Below the pieces are notes generated by a model. The model was not told where the DNA came from, ran no database searches, and saw nothing but the letters and a program-made list of their open reading frames with translations. From an uncultured Clostridia bacterium (GTDB lineage: Bacteria > Bacillota > Dehalobacteriia > UBA4068 > CALXSR01): a stretch of 64,000 nt of DNA. Where the stretch lies: contig CALXSR010000052.1 in the NCBI GenBank assembly GCA_944391215.1, positions 64,511 to 128,510 of the forward strand, given 5' to 3'. Shown piece by piece: positions 41,751-50,993 of this stretch; position 1 is the first letter of the stretch; each line of letters starts with the position of its first letter. Both the position numbers and the translations under genes were made by a program.

Positions 41751-42941
41751 TTAGCCCAGCATTCTCACCACAGCTAACATATAGTATTCAATAGATTGCA
41801 AATAGTCTTCTATCGGTATCTTTTCATTTGCCGAGGTCGGTTCTATGATATCATCCGCCGCTCCTAAATTCGGCATCGGCGTTCCATATGCTTCATGGAT
41901 ATTCCCCGCATCCGATCCTCCCTGCCTGCGATATGGTTTTGCCTCTTTCCCTGTTACTTCCCCTACGCATTCTAATAAAGTTACAATAAATGGATCGTCT
42001 TCCGGGATTTCCATTGGCGGTCGATCTGAAAACGGCGTTAATTGGTATTCCATATATGGATTCTTTTCCTTTAATCCATCCAATACTTCACGAATTTCCG
42101 CTTCGCATTGTGCCATCGTTTCCCCTGGACCAAAACGTCTATCTATCGAAAAAGTGCTTTTTGTTGCATATGTATTATAAGCTTTTCCAGCATGTAAAGA
42201 TGAAATCGTTAAGTTAGACATGCCATAATCTGGATGCTTTCTAGAACGCACCTTGCTTCTTAATTCATATAAAGCGGCAATGGCATGATGTGATTTTTCT
42301 AAGGCATCCATCGTTGGATGTGGAATGGAAGAATGGCCAGATTCACTTGTATAAGTAACCGTAATGCGATAAATACCAGTATGGCCAACCAATACCTTTC
42401 CCCCGGTGGGCTCCATACAAATACCGAAATCACCTTTTAAATAACCATTCTTCAACAACCATTTGACCCCGTTAGCGCTGCCATTTTCTTCATCGCATAA
42501 ATAGCTCATTTCTATACTGCCTTTCGGATCAAACCCCATTCTCTTTAAAAAAGTAACTGCCATCAAAGCAGCCGCATCGCCGCCTTTCATATCCGCCGCC
42601 CCACGACCATAAATATAACCATCCGCAACTTGACCAGAAAAAGGCCCGTAAATCCCATCATCGCCATCAGTAGGTGGAAAAGCATCCATATGGCCATTAA
42701 ATTGGAATTTCTTTCCGGGCTGCGTGCCTTTCCATTCGGCAATTACATTTGGATGTTCCGGGCTGGGCCCGATAATCTGAACTTCCAATCCAGCTTCCTC
42801 TAATCTTCTAGCAAAAACTTTGCTAATTGCCACTTCATCACCTGTGGTACTAGGAGTTTGCAAAATTTCACAAAGGCAGTCAATGGCTTCTTGCTGATTT
42901 GACCGAACATATTCACGTAATTTCTCTTTGTTAAACATCAA
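41751..42941 (-). CDS. M20-family metallopeptidase (ArgE/DapE/CPG2-like).
   Basis: 396 aa with M20 metal-binding motifs (GHMD, GAADMKGG, E.EENG). RBS AAGGAGGG. Confidence 0.8.
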   Translation of the reverse strand: MMFNKEKLREYVRSNQQEAIDCLCEILQTPSTTGDEVAISKVFARRLEEAGLEVQIIGPSPEHPNVIAEWKGTQPGKKFQFNGHMDAFPPTDGDDGIYGPFSGQVADGYIYGRGAADMKGGDAAALMAVTFLKRMGFDPKGSIEMSYLCDEENGSANGVKWLLKNGYLKGDFGICMEPTGGKVLVGHTGIYRITVTYTSESGHSSIPHPTMDALEKSHHAIAALYELRSKVRSRKHPDYGMSNLTISSLHAGKAYNTYATKSTFSIDRRFGPGETMAQCEAEIREVLDGLKEKNPYMEYQLTPFSDRPPMEIPEDDPFIVTLLECVGEVTGKEAKPYRRQGGSDAGNIHEAYGTPMPNLGAADDIIEPTSANEKIPIEDYLQSIEYYMLAVVRMLG

Positions 42942-43108
42942 TTTCCCTCCTTATTTTTCCATACCATAGCGTGTAAACAACAAAGCCTCTGAAAAGCAGT
43001 TACTATTTTGATATAATAATTTTATCATAAATTCATAGTTCATCGTAAGTAGGAACTTTTCTCCCATACTTCCTAAAAAAATATAGTTGCATAAAACAAA
43101 AACATTAC

Positions 43109-43147
43109 CAAAAAACCGTTGTTTTTCACAACGGTTTTTCCTTTTAT
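43109..43147. terminator. Rho-independent terminator downstream of ybjQ.
   Basis: AAAAACCGTTGT-ttttcac-ACAACGGTTTTT perfect stem with T runs on both strands. Confidence 0.7.
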
Positions 43148-43162
43148 CTTACAATCATTCAC

Positions 43163-43483
43163 TTATTTAACTATCACTGCTGTTCCACTGGCTGTAACCA
43201 TTAACATTCCATTATCCGCACCAAGCACCTCGTAATCAATATCAACCCCAACAACGGCGTTGGCCCCATTTGCTTCCGCGCGTCGTTCCAGTTCCTGCAA
43301 AGCACATTCCCGGGCCCTTAATAATTCATCCTCATAGGTGCCGGAACGGCCGCCAAAAAAATTACTCAATCCAGCCGCAAAATCTTTTATCACATTAATG
43401 CCTGAAATGACTTCTCCAAACACAATACCTCGATATTCTATAATTTCCTTTCCTGCAATAGAGGGGGTAGTGGTAATAATCAT
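43163..43483 (-). CDS. ybjQ: YbjQ-family (UPF0145 / DUF74) protein.
   Basis: 106 aa with the typical YbjQ sequence ([14 protein letters not shown]...[10 protein letters not shown]). RBS AGGAGG. Confidence 0.8.
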   Translation of the reverse strand: MIITTTPSIAGKEIIEYRGIVFGEVISGINVIKDFAAGLSNFFGGRSGTYEDELLRARECALQELERRAEANGANAVVGVDIDYEVLGADNGMLMVTASGTAVIVK

Positions 43484-44025
43484 AGAAAAACCTCCTTCTT
43501 ATCTTTCATACTAAAAATATGATTTTATCTATCATAATATCATATCTTTTATCATTTCCTATAGGATCATTATGTTGTCTTTGTTAAATACTTTTCGATT
43601 AAGTACATCGTAATTAAATACTTTTTATCCCTTCTTTTAGGCTATTCTTATTTATTATGTTGCAGTCGTATTTTCAAATTTTTATCCTTTCCTTTATAAT
43701 AGCCACTTGCACAAAAGTAGCACAAAATATTTTCATAGGAGCAGGAGCAAATTCTATTTTAAAAGATATAGCAATTTAATTTATGCAATCATTTTCCCCA
43801 TCCACCATTGCCATTCTCTTACAAAAATAGCTTGATAGCAATCGTTGCCCTAACAAAACCCACAAATCAAATATGCATATAAAACGAATAAAAATTCGCC
43901 GTTCTTTGAACAGTGGATTTTTGGGCGGAGTGTAATTATTGGACTTTGCTGTCTTCAACTCGTTTAAACCCGCATGGATACAAACATAGCAAAAGACCGC
44001 CAGCAAAAGTCGACGGTCTTTTTCA

Positions 44026-44103
44026 TGGTCGGAGCGACTGGACTTGAACCAGCGGCCTCTACCACCCCAAGGTAGCGCTCTAGCCAAACTGAGCTACGCC
44101 CCG
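44026..44103 (-). tRNA. tRNA-Pro, anticodon GGG.
   Basis: The reverse complement reads CGGGGCG-TA-GCTCAGTTTGGCTAGAGC-G-CTACC-TTGGGGT-GGTAG-AGGCC-GCTGG-TTCAAGT-CCAGT-CGCTCCG-ACCA. All cloverleaf stems pair (with G-U wobbles), and the anticodon loop is UUGGGGU. Confidence 0.85.
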
Positions 44104-44208
44104 TAAGTTACAATAGCTATTATATGGGGAAAAAAGAAAACTGTCAAGAGCAGGAAAAGAAAAAGCTTTTCCCTCTAGACAGTTTTCTCCACCCTATTAT
44201 ATGAATCT

Positions 44209-45435
44209 TTATTCTTTATCCAAATCAAAAGCGGTATGCAATAAACAAACAGCTTCTGCAGCTCTATCTTCTTTCACAATGCAGGAAACTTTAATTTCCG
44301 AAGTAGAAATCAGTTCAATATTAAAACCGTTGTCGGAAAGCGTTTCAAACATTTTAGCTGCAACGCCAGGATTCGTAATCATGCCAGCGCCTACAATAGA
44401 AACTTTAGACACCCCATCGGAAACGGTGTATTCTTTCGCACCAATTTTAGGAACAACATCATTTAATAATTTTTCTAATTTAATTTTCTCATCTTTCCCG
44501 GTCGTAAAAGTAATAGAATTTAACCGATTACGGTCGCCACCTTGAATAATCATATCTACATTGATGCGAGCATCTGCCAAAGCACGGAATAATTTGCTAG
44601 CTACCCCAATTTCATCGGGCACATCAAAAACACTAACTTTAATTACATTTCTATCTAAAGCAACCCCGGAAACAACCATTTCTTTTTCCAAATTTTCCAT
44701 CTTATTTCCCTCCTGCACAATTGTTCCTTTATTTTGAGTAAAAGTACTACGAACATGAACATGAATACCATATTGTTTCGCCAATTCAACACTACGTGGC
44801 TGCAATACGCCTGCACCAGCTGATGCCATTTCCAGCATTTCATCATAAGAAATAGAATCTATTTTATGCGCCTTCGGCACAATACGCGGATCAGCAGTAA
44901 ATACCCCTTCCACATCGGTAAAAATTTCGCATAAATCTGCCTTTAAAGCAACCGCCAAAGCAACGCCACTGGTATCAGAACCACCACGACCTAAAGTACG
45001 AATTTCCCCATCCGGACTTAAGCCTTGAAAACCTGCTACTACAACGATATTGCCTGCGTTCAATTCCTTTTCTAATCTGGCGCAATTCACTTCTGTAATT
45101 TTTGCTTTGCTAGCTACGCAGTCTGTATGTATCCCAGCTTGCGGGCCAGTTAAAGAAATTGCTTTTTTACCCAATTCCTGTAAAGCAATACTCAACAAAG
45201 CAATAGACTGCTGTTCGCCCGTCGCCATCAACATATCCATTTCCCGTTGCGAAGGGTCAAGGGAAATTTGTTTTGCTAAATCAATCAAATCATCCGTAGT
45301 ATCGCCCATTGCTGAAACTACCACTACCACCTGATTTCCTTCATCCGCCGTAGCCGCTACCCTTTTGGCTACATTTTTGATTTTTTCTGCATTGGCAACG
45401 GAACTTCCGCCAAATTTCTGAACAATTCTTGCCAC
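44209..45435 (-). CDS. Aspartate kinase, monofunctional, with C-terminal ACT domains.
   Basis: 408 aa with the KFGGSSV N-terminus and tandem ACT domains. Confidence 0.9.
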   Translation of the reverse strand: MARIVQKFGGSSVANAEKIKNVAKRVAATADEGNQVVVVVSAMGDTTDDLIDLAKQISLDPSQREMDMLMATGEQQSIALLSIALQELGKKAISLTGPQAGIHTDCVASKAKITEVNCARLEKELNAGNIVVVAGFQGLSPDGEIRTLGRGGSDTSGVALAVALKADLCEIFTDVEGVFTADPRIVPKAHKIDSISYDEMLEMASAGAGVLQPRSVELAKQYGIHVHVRSTFTQNKGTIVQEGNKMENLEKEMVVSGVALDRNVIKVSVFDVPDEIGVASKLFRALADARINVDMIIQGGDRNRLNSITFTTGKDEKIKLEKLLNDVVPKIGAKEYTVSDGVSKVSIVGAGMITNPGVAAKMFETLSDNGFNIELISTSEIKVSCIVKEDRAAEAVCLLHTAFDLDKE

Positions 45436-45466
45436 TTTTTTACTCCTCCTAACAAAGAATGCTTAT

Positions 45467-46375
45467 CTACATTTTCGATTCTTTTTTTACAAATGCACCC
45501 TGCAAATCAGTATATAAAATACGGTAATCACTTGTGACACTATAATGAGCAAAAGCTTTTTGCATAGCCCGACCAATTTTATCACAATTTTCTTCTATTG
45601 TAAAAGCCAATATTGTAGGCCCGCTGCCGCTTAAAACTGCCCCCAAGGCCCCGGCTTTTTTAGCAGCATGCACTACAGACTGCGCGCCAGGAATTAAAGA
45701 AAAACGATAAGATTGATGCAATTTATCCTCTAAGGCCAAAGAAAACATCGTCCACTCTCCGTTTTCTATTGCATTTACCAAGGCAGCTGCCCGACCAATA
45801 TTAAAAACAGCATCGTGAAACGGAACTTCTTTTGGTAAGGACTTCCGCGTCTTTTTTGTGCTTAAAGGAAAGCTGGGAATAGCCGCTACCGCTTTTAATT
45901 CTTTAGCAGGGATAATTTTACTGGTATAATATTCACCTTTGTTCTTTAATGACACTGTAAAACCGCCAAATAATGCTGGAGCAATATTATCCGGATGTCC
46001 TTCTAAAGAAACAGCCATTTGGAATAAATCTTTTTTCGCAAAAGGACACCCCAAATAGGCATTCGCAGCAACAACGCCTCCTACAATCGCAGCCGCAGAA
46101 CTCCCCAATCCCCGCGTAACAGGGATATTGTTCTCAAATAAAAAAGCCAAATCAGTAAAGGGTTCCTCTGCCTTAGCAAAAACCTCTTTTGCAGCTTTAA
46201 TTACCAAATTATGGTCTGGATCAGCCAAAAATGCATTGGATTCCCCCATAATTTGAATATCCAGCCCTGTTCCTTTTTCGATGCTAACATAATTGTAAAA
46301 TTGGAACGCCATGCCAAAAACATCAAATCCAGAACCAATATTTGCTGTTGTGGCTGGTATACGCACTTTTATCAT
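45467..46375 (-). CDS. thrB: Homoserine kinase.
   Basis: Start set at MIKVRIPATTANIGSGFD. GHMP kinase motif PVTRGLGSSAA. Confidence 0.85.
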   Translation of the reverse strand: MIKVRIPATTANIGSGFDVFGMAFQFYNYVSIEKGTGLDIQIMGESNAFLADPDHNLVIKAAKEVFAKAEEPFTDLAFLFENNIPVTRGLGSSAAAIVGGVVAANAYLGCPFAKKDLFQMAVSLEGHPDNIAPALFGGFTVSLKNKGEYYTSKIIPAKELKAVAAIPSFPLSTKKTRKSLPKEVPFHDAVFNIGRAAALVNAIENGEWTMFSLALEDKLHQSYRFSLIPGAQSVVHAAKKAGALGAVLSGSGPTILAFTIEENCDKIGRAMQKAFAHYSVTSDYRILYTDLQGAFVKKESKM

Positions 46376-46424
46376 TTTATCTCTCCCAAACTTTTTCTGC
46401 AATAGGAGAAAATCTGTTTATCAT

Positions 46425-47747
46425 TTATTTTAAGTTATCATTTTCTCCCGCTACCCGAATAACATTGCCGATTTCCGAAACGCATTGTAATGCTTTAATT
46501 TCATCAATCGCTTTTCTCATATGCGCTTCTGCAACTTGATGGGTGACCAGTACCAACTCCGCCCGGCCATCGGCAAAGGTGCAAGCCTGTAAAACAGTGG
46601 CGATGCTGACTTCCTGTTCACCCAAAATCTTAGTGATTTGTGCCAGAACGCCCGGCTTATCCGTAACCGTTAAACGAATATAGTATTTGCAAACTGCCTC
46701 CCCAATCGGCTTGATCCTCTTATGCTCAAAACAAGTACAGCCAATACGAGCCCGGGTATTACTATGAATATCTCGGGTTGCCATAATAATATCTCCTACA
46801 ACAGCACTAGCCGTTGGGAATTCGCCGGCGCCTTTACCATAAAACATCGTTTTCCCAATCGGAAAACCTTCTACAAAAACGGCATTATAAACATCATTTA
46901 CAGAAGATAAAGGGTGATCGGTAGGAATCATCATAGGATGTACCCGGGCCTCAATACCGCTTTCACTTTCCTTGGCAATGCCAACTGTTTTTAAAACATA
47001 CCCCAATTCTTTAGCATACATAATATCACGATCGCTAATCTTAGTAATCCCTTCTACATAAACTTGATCGTCCGTAATACGACTATTAAAAGCAATCGAA
47101 GCTAAAATTGCTACTTTGCGTGCTGCATCAAATCCTTCCACATCGTTGGTTGGATTGGCTTCTGCATAACCCAATTTTTGCGCCTCTTGTAGGCAAACAG
47201 AAAAATCAAGCCCTTTTTCAGCCATTTGCGTTAAAATATAATTGGTGGTACCGTTCAAAATACCCATAATTTCTTGAATTTGGTTCGCTGCCAAACTTTC
47301 TTTTAAAGTATGGATAATAGGAATGCCTCCGGCCACACTGGCTTCAAAATGCAAATCGGTATTATGTTCAGAGGCTAACTGCAATAACTCTCCGCCATGA
47401 GAAGCAATCAAATCCTTGTTAGCGGTAACCACCGTTTTGCCTTTTTTTAAAGCATCCGTAATAAATTCTAATGCCGGATGAACGCCACCGATCAATTCTA
47501 CCATAATATCAATATCATCATTATCGATGATATCGTTCACCGAAGAAGAATACATATTTTGCGGCAAACCAATACTTTCCATTTTAGCCACAGTTGCTTC
47601 TTTAGCTAAATCCACTACCAATGCCAATTCTACCGGCATAGAGCAACGGGACGCAATTAAATCCTTATTTTGTAACAGTACTTTGGCAACCCCGCCCCCA
47701 ATGGTGCCAAAACCAAGCAAACCAACCTTGACCTTATCTTTTGCCAT
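46425..47747 (-). CDS. hom: Homoserine dehydrogenase with a C-terminal ACT domain.
   Basis: 440 aa with the LLGFGTIGGGV NAD-binding motif and a C-terminal ACT domain. Confidence 0.9.
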   Translation of the reverse strand: MAKDKVKVGLLGFGTIGGGVAKVLLQNKDLIASRCSMPVELALVVDLAKEATVAKMESIGLPQNMYSSSVNDIIDNDDIDIMVELIGGVHPALEFITDALKKGKTVVTANKDLIASHGGELLQLASEHNTDLHFEASVAGGIPIIHTLKESLAANQIQEIMGILNGTTNYILTQMAEKGLDFSVCLQEAQKLGYAEANPTNDVEGFDAARKVAILASIAFNSRITDDQVYVEGITKISDRDIMYAKELGYVLKTVGIAKESESGIEARVHPMMIPTDHPLSSVNDVYNAVFVEGFPIGKTMFYGKGAGEFPTASAVVGDIIMATRDIHSNTRARIGCTCFEHKRIKPIGEAVCKYYIRLTVTDKPGVLAQITKILGEQEVSIATVLQACTFADGRAELVLVTHQVAEAHMRKAIDEIKALQCVSEIGNVIRVAGENDNLK

Positions 47748-47801
47748 TCTTTTAAAACCTCCTAAAATATATCAGATAAATAATAAAATTTCATTTATAC
47801 A

Positions 47802-48260
47802 TTACCAGTTATTTTGCCCAATAAGTTCCACCTTTAAAACACCCGGCACATCACTTAAACTTTGAAACAACTCTTCTGTTTCCATTTTCATATTTTCCCG
47901 ATCAATAGAAATGGAAACATGGGCCACCCCCTCTAAAGGCAAACCTTGGTTCAACATTAAAATATTACCGCCCGCTGTACTAATCGTATTCAAAGCAGAG
48001 GATAATACGCCTTCCTCATGCGCCAAAATCAATAAAACAGTGATCGTCTTTACCTCATCATCGCGAAAAATAGGAAAAATACCAGCCCGGTATTTATAAA
48101 AAACACTGCGGCTTAACCCAACCTTTTTTACCGCTTCATTGATGCTTTTGGCTTGTCCTTTGGCTAATAATTCTTTTGCTAAAGCCGTTTTATAAATTGC
48201 TTCAGGCAGAATATCAGCATGTACTAAATAGCTTTTCGCCCCTTTTTTCTCTTCCGCCAT
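47802..48260 (-). CDS. ACT-domain protein (UPF0735 / PheB-like).
   Basis: 152 aa: an N-terminal helical part plus a C-terminal ACT domain. It lies immediately upstream of hom. Confidence 0.65.
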   Translation of the reverse strand: MAEEKKGAKSYLVHADILPEAIYKTALAKELLAKGQAKSINEAVKKVGLSRSVFYKYRAGIFPIFRDDEVKTITVLLILAHEEGVLSSALNTISTAGGNILMLNQGLPLEGVAHVSISIDRENMKMETEELFQSLSDVPGVLKVELIGQNNW

Positions 48261-48330
48261 ATGTACTCCTTCCGCAGACTTTCATCCATGCGTTGCGTAC
48301 AATTATAACAAAGCATGTCCTAAAATACAA

Positions 48331-48366
48331 GAAGAAAAAGAGACGGACCATAAAAGTTCCATCTCT
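48331..48366 (-). terminator. Rho-independent terminator downstream of spoIVA.
   Basis: On the minus strand, a GAGAUGGA...UCCGUCUC stem is followed by UUUUUCUUCUUG. Confidence 0.5.
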
Positions 48367-48378
48367 TTTTCGTAAAAT

Positions 48379-49857
48379 TTAAATAATAATACAAATTAGT
48401 CCACCGCCGGAGTCATTCACAATTCTTTGCAAGGTATCTTGTAATTTCATTTGCGCATTTTCCGGCATACGATACAATTTACCCTGAATTCCCTCCGATA
48501 CCAATTCATTGAGCGGTTTACCAAAAATATTGGTTTGCCAAATTTTTTGCGGATCATCCTCAAATTCATGCAAAATATATTTAACCAATTCTTCACACTG
48601 TTTTTCCGTCCCAATCAAAGGCGTAATTTCTGTAGATATATTCGCCTTAATAATATGGAAACTAGGAGCGCTAGCTTTTAAGCGTACTCCAAAACGACCA
48701 CCTTGCTTCACCAATTCCGGTTCATCCAAGCTCATTTCTTCCACAGTTGGCGTTACTACCCCATAGCCGGTATCTCGTACCTCCAACATAGCACGTTCCA
48801 TCTTTTTCCATTCTTTATTTCCTTTAGAAAAATCACGCACTACTCGTAGAATGGTATGATCCCCTTCGATTGGTTCCCCAGCATATTCTTCTAATACTTT
48901 ATAATAAACAGATTGATCAACACAAATGCCAATAGAAGCAATCCCAGTACCCAACTCCATTTGTGAAAGGCCAATTTCACCAGCTAAGCCCATTTGTTGT
49001 AAATGCTCAATTAAACAATCAATATCACGGATACGGCGAACATCCTGAACTGCCTCCCGAATGCTATCTTCGAATTGACGACGCAACCAATGGTTTCCGT
49101 CCAATTCTTCTACCCAGCGCGGCAAATTCACATTTACTTCTGTTACCGGGAATTCATATAGGGCTTCCTGCATTAAACAAATAACGTCTTCATAAGACAT
49201 TTCCGCAACATTTAAAGGCATAACAGCTACATTATATTTTTCGCTTAACTCCGCCGCCAAATCTTGCGTTTCTTCCGCTTCTGGATTGGTAGAATTTAAG
49301 ATAAGAAGAAATGGTTTGTTTAGTTCTTTTAATTCTCGAACGACTCTTTCTTCGGCATCTACATAATTTTCGCGATCAATACCAGTTACGCTACCATCTG
49401 TAGTAATAATTAAACCAATGGTAGAATGATCCGTAATTACCTTACGAGTACCAATTTCCGCAGCTTCCTGGAAAGGAATTGCATCGTCAAACCAAGGGGT
49501 ACAAACCATACGAGGCCCATCTTCCTCTTCAAACCCCAAAGCTCCCGTAACGCCGTAACCAACACAGTCAATTAGGCGAACTCTTACTTCTAAACCTTCT
49601 TTTACCACAACGGAAACCGCTTCCGAAGGAATAAACTTTGGTTCTGTGGTCATTACGGTTTTACCCGCTCCACTTTGCGGTAATTCATCTTGTGCCCGCT
49701 CCCGTTCATGGAATTCTGTAATATTGGGAAGGACCAACAATTCCATGAACCTTTTAATAAAAGTAGATTTCCCGGTTCTCATCGGTCCGACGCAACCTAA
49801 ATAGATATCTCCACCGGTACGTTCGGCAATATCCCGCAACACATCATAATTTTCCAC
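48379..49857 (-). CDS. spoIVA: Stage IV sporulation protein A (spore coat morphogenetic ATPase).
   Basis: 492 aa. The N-terminus MENYDVLRDIAERTGGDIYLGCVGPMRTGKSTFIKRFMEL, with its Walker A motif, closely matches B. subtilis SpoIVA. Confidence 0.9.
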   Translation of the reverse strand: MENYDVLRDIAERTGGDIYLGCVGPMRTGKSTFIKRFMELLVLPNITEFHERERAQDELPQSGAGKTVMTTEPKFIPSEAVSVVVKEGLEVRVRLIDCVGYGVTGALGFEEEDGPRMVCTPWFDDAIPFQEAAEIGTRKVITDHSTIGLIITTDGSVTGIDRENYVDAEERVVRELKELNKPFLLILNSTNPEAEETQDLAAELSEKYNVAVMPLNVAEMSYEDVICLMQEALYEFPVTEVNVNLPRWVEELDGNHWLRRQFEDSIREAVQDVRRIRDIDCLIEHLQQMGLAGEIGLSQMELGTGIASIGICVDQSVYYKVLEEYAGEPIEGDHTILRVVRDFSKGNKEWKKMERAMLEVRDTGYGVVTPTVEEMSLDEPELVKQGGRFGVRLKASAPSFHIIKANISTEITPLIGTEKQCEELVKYILHEFEDDPQKIWQTNIFGKPLNELVSEGIQGKLYRMPENAQMKLQDTLQRIVNDSGGGLICIII

Positions 49858-49940
49858 TATTATTTCCCTCCCTATTTTGATGCTTTCAATGCTTTCATTC
49901 TATTGCAAACAATAAAAAGTATGGGTGTCTTTCCCTACTT

Positions 49941-49969
49941 TACTTATGCTGCGACATTTTTAAATATGA
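49941..49969 (-). promoter_or_regulatory. Putative sigma-E-type promoter for spoIVA (-35 TCATATT, 14-nt spacer, -10 CATAAGTA).
   Basis: On the minus strand about 85 nt upstream of the spoIVA ATG. It approximates the B. subtilis sigma-E consensus, ATATT - 14 nt - CATACA-T. Confidence 0.3.
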
Positions 49970-50085
49970 TTTTCTTTTCTTATTTTTTCTCATAACTTTT
50001 TAAATCATAAACATCACTCGCCAGCTTCCCCGTTTTCCAACTACTATCTTTTCATATTTACGCAACCTGCCATCTTTTTAGGACA

Positions 50086-50120
50086 AAAAAAGACGATAGA
50101 TTAAATCTACCGTCTTTTCT
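50086..50120 (-). terminator. Rho-independent terminator downstream of the DtxR-family regulator gene.
   Basis: AAGACGATAGA-ttaaa-TCTACCGTCTT stem with one mismatch, followed on the minus strand by TTTTTTT. Confidence 0.6.
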
Positions 50121-50137
50121 TCTTTTATCTTTTTCTT

Positions 50138-50518
50138 TTAATCCCTTTTTGTTACCAAATTAGGAGCTTTTTCCTTTAATTTATTAAAAGTTTGTTCACT
50201 AATAACATGTTCAATGCGACAAGCATCCGCAGCAGCAACTTCTTCTTCAACCCCTATTGCGATTAAAAATTCCGTTAAAAAGCGATGTTTTTCATAAATA
50301 CTTTCCGCAATGGCCAAGCCGGAAGCAGTAAGTTGAATTTGTCCATCTTTATCCATGATAATATGACCCGCTTGTTTTAAAATTGCCATAGCTCGACTAA
50401 CGCTCGGTTTCGTAAAATTTAAGAAACCGGCAATATCAATAGAACGCACGGAACCATTTTTGTTTTTTAAAACTAAAATTGCTTCCAAATAGTTTTCCCC
50501 AGACTCTTGTATTCTCAT
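50138..50518 (-). CDS. DtxR/MntR-family metal-dependent transcriptional repressor.
   Basis: 126 aa with an N-terminal HTH (NYLEAILVLKNKNGSVRSIDIAGFLNFTKPSVSRAMAILKQAGHI) and a dimerisation / metal-binding region. It is adjacent to feoAB. Confidence 0.8.
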   Translation of the reverse strand: MRIQESGENYLEAILVLKNKNGSVRSIDIAGFLNFTKPSVSRAMAILKQAGHIIMDKDGQIQLTASGLAIAESIYEKHRFLTEFLIAIGVEEEVAAADACRIEHVISEQTFNKLKEKAPNLVTKRD

Positions 50519-50756
50519 GGAAGACTCCCCCCCTCTCCCTTTTTATCAATCACAAATTATAGCACGAAAACGAATCATGAGCAATGCAGCAAAATGCTTG
50601 ATAAAACGCTTGTAAAAATTTGATTTACACATCCAAGCTTTATCGTCTAACCAAATGGGGAAACTTCCGGATGCTATTTAGGCTCCACTTATTTCATAAT
50701 AAATAGGGAAAACCAAGTTTCTTATCGTTAACAAATTATATTTTTTGCTTTACAAA

Positions 50757-50785
50757 AGGGATACAAGATATTCTTGTATCCCTTA
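50757..50785 (-). terminator. Rho-independent terminator at the end of the feoA-feoB-small-Cys-rich-gene operon.
   Basis: AAGGGATACAAGA-tat-TCTTGTATCCCTT stem, followed on the minus strand by TTTTG. Confidence 0.6.
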
Positions 50786-50792
50786 AATGAGT

Positions 50793-50978
50793 TTATTTTT
50801 TACAGCGGCAATCGACATTGCAACCATTACAGCTTCCATTATTTTGCTTTTTACTGCTGCAACAAGAACCATCTGGACAGCCAATACACTTTTTACCACC
50901 TTTTTTGGCTTTCCATACATAAAAGGCAGCAAAACCTATGATGATGATCACTATCATAATAATGATACCGTTTTCCAT
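50793..50978 (-). CDS. FeoB-associated Cys-rich small membrane protein.
   Basis: 61 aa: one TM helix (IIIMIVIIIIGFAAFYVW), a Lys-rich segment, then CIGCPDGSCCSS...CNGCNVDCRCKK. It ends 16 nt downstream of the feoB stop. Confidence 0.6.
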   Translation of the reverse strand: MENGIIIMIVIIIIGFAAFYVWKAKKGGKKCIGCPDGSCCSSKKQNNGSCNGCNVDCRCKK

Positions 50979-50993
50979 GAGAAAAACTCCTTG

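Noticed and set aside
43776-44087. 103-aa minus-strand ORF
   Set aside because: It overlaps the tRNA-Pro gene (44026..44103) and reads through intergenic AT-rich DNA. It has no RBS, so it is spurious.
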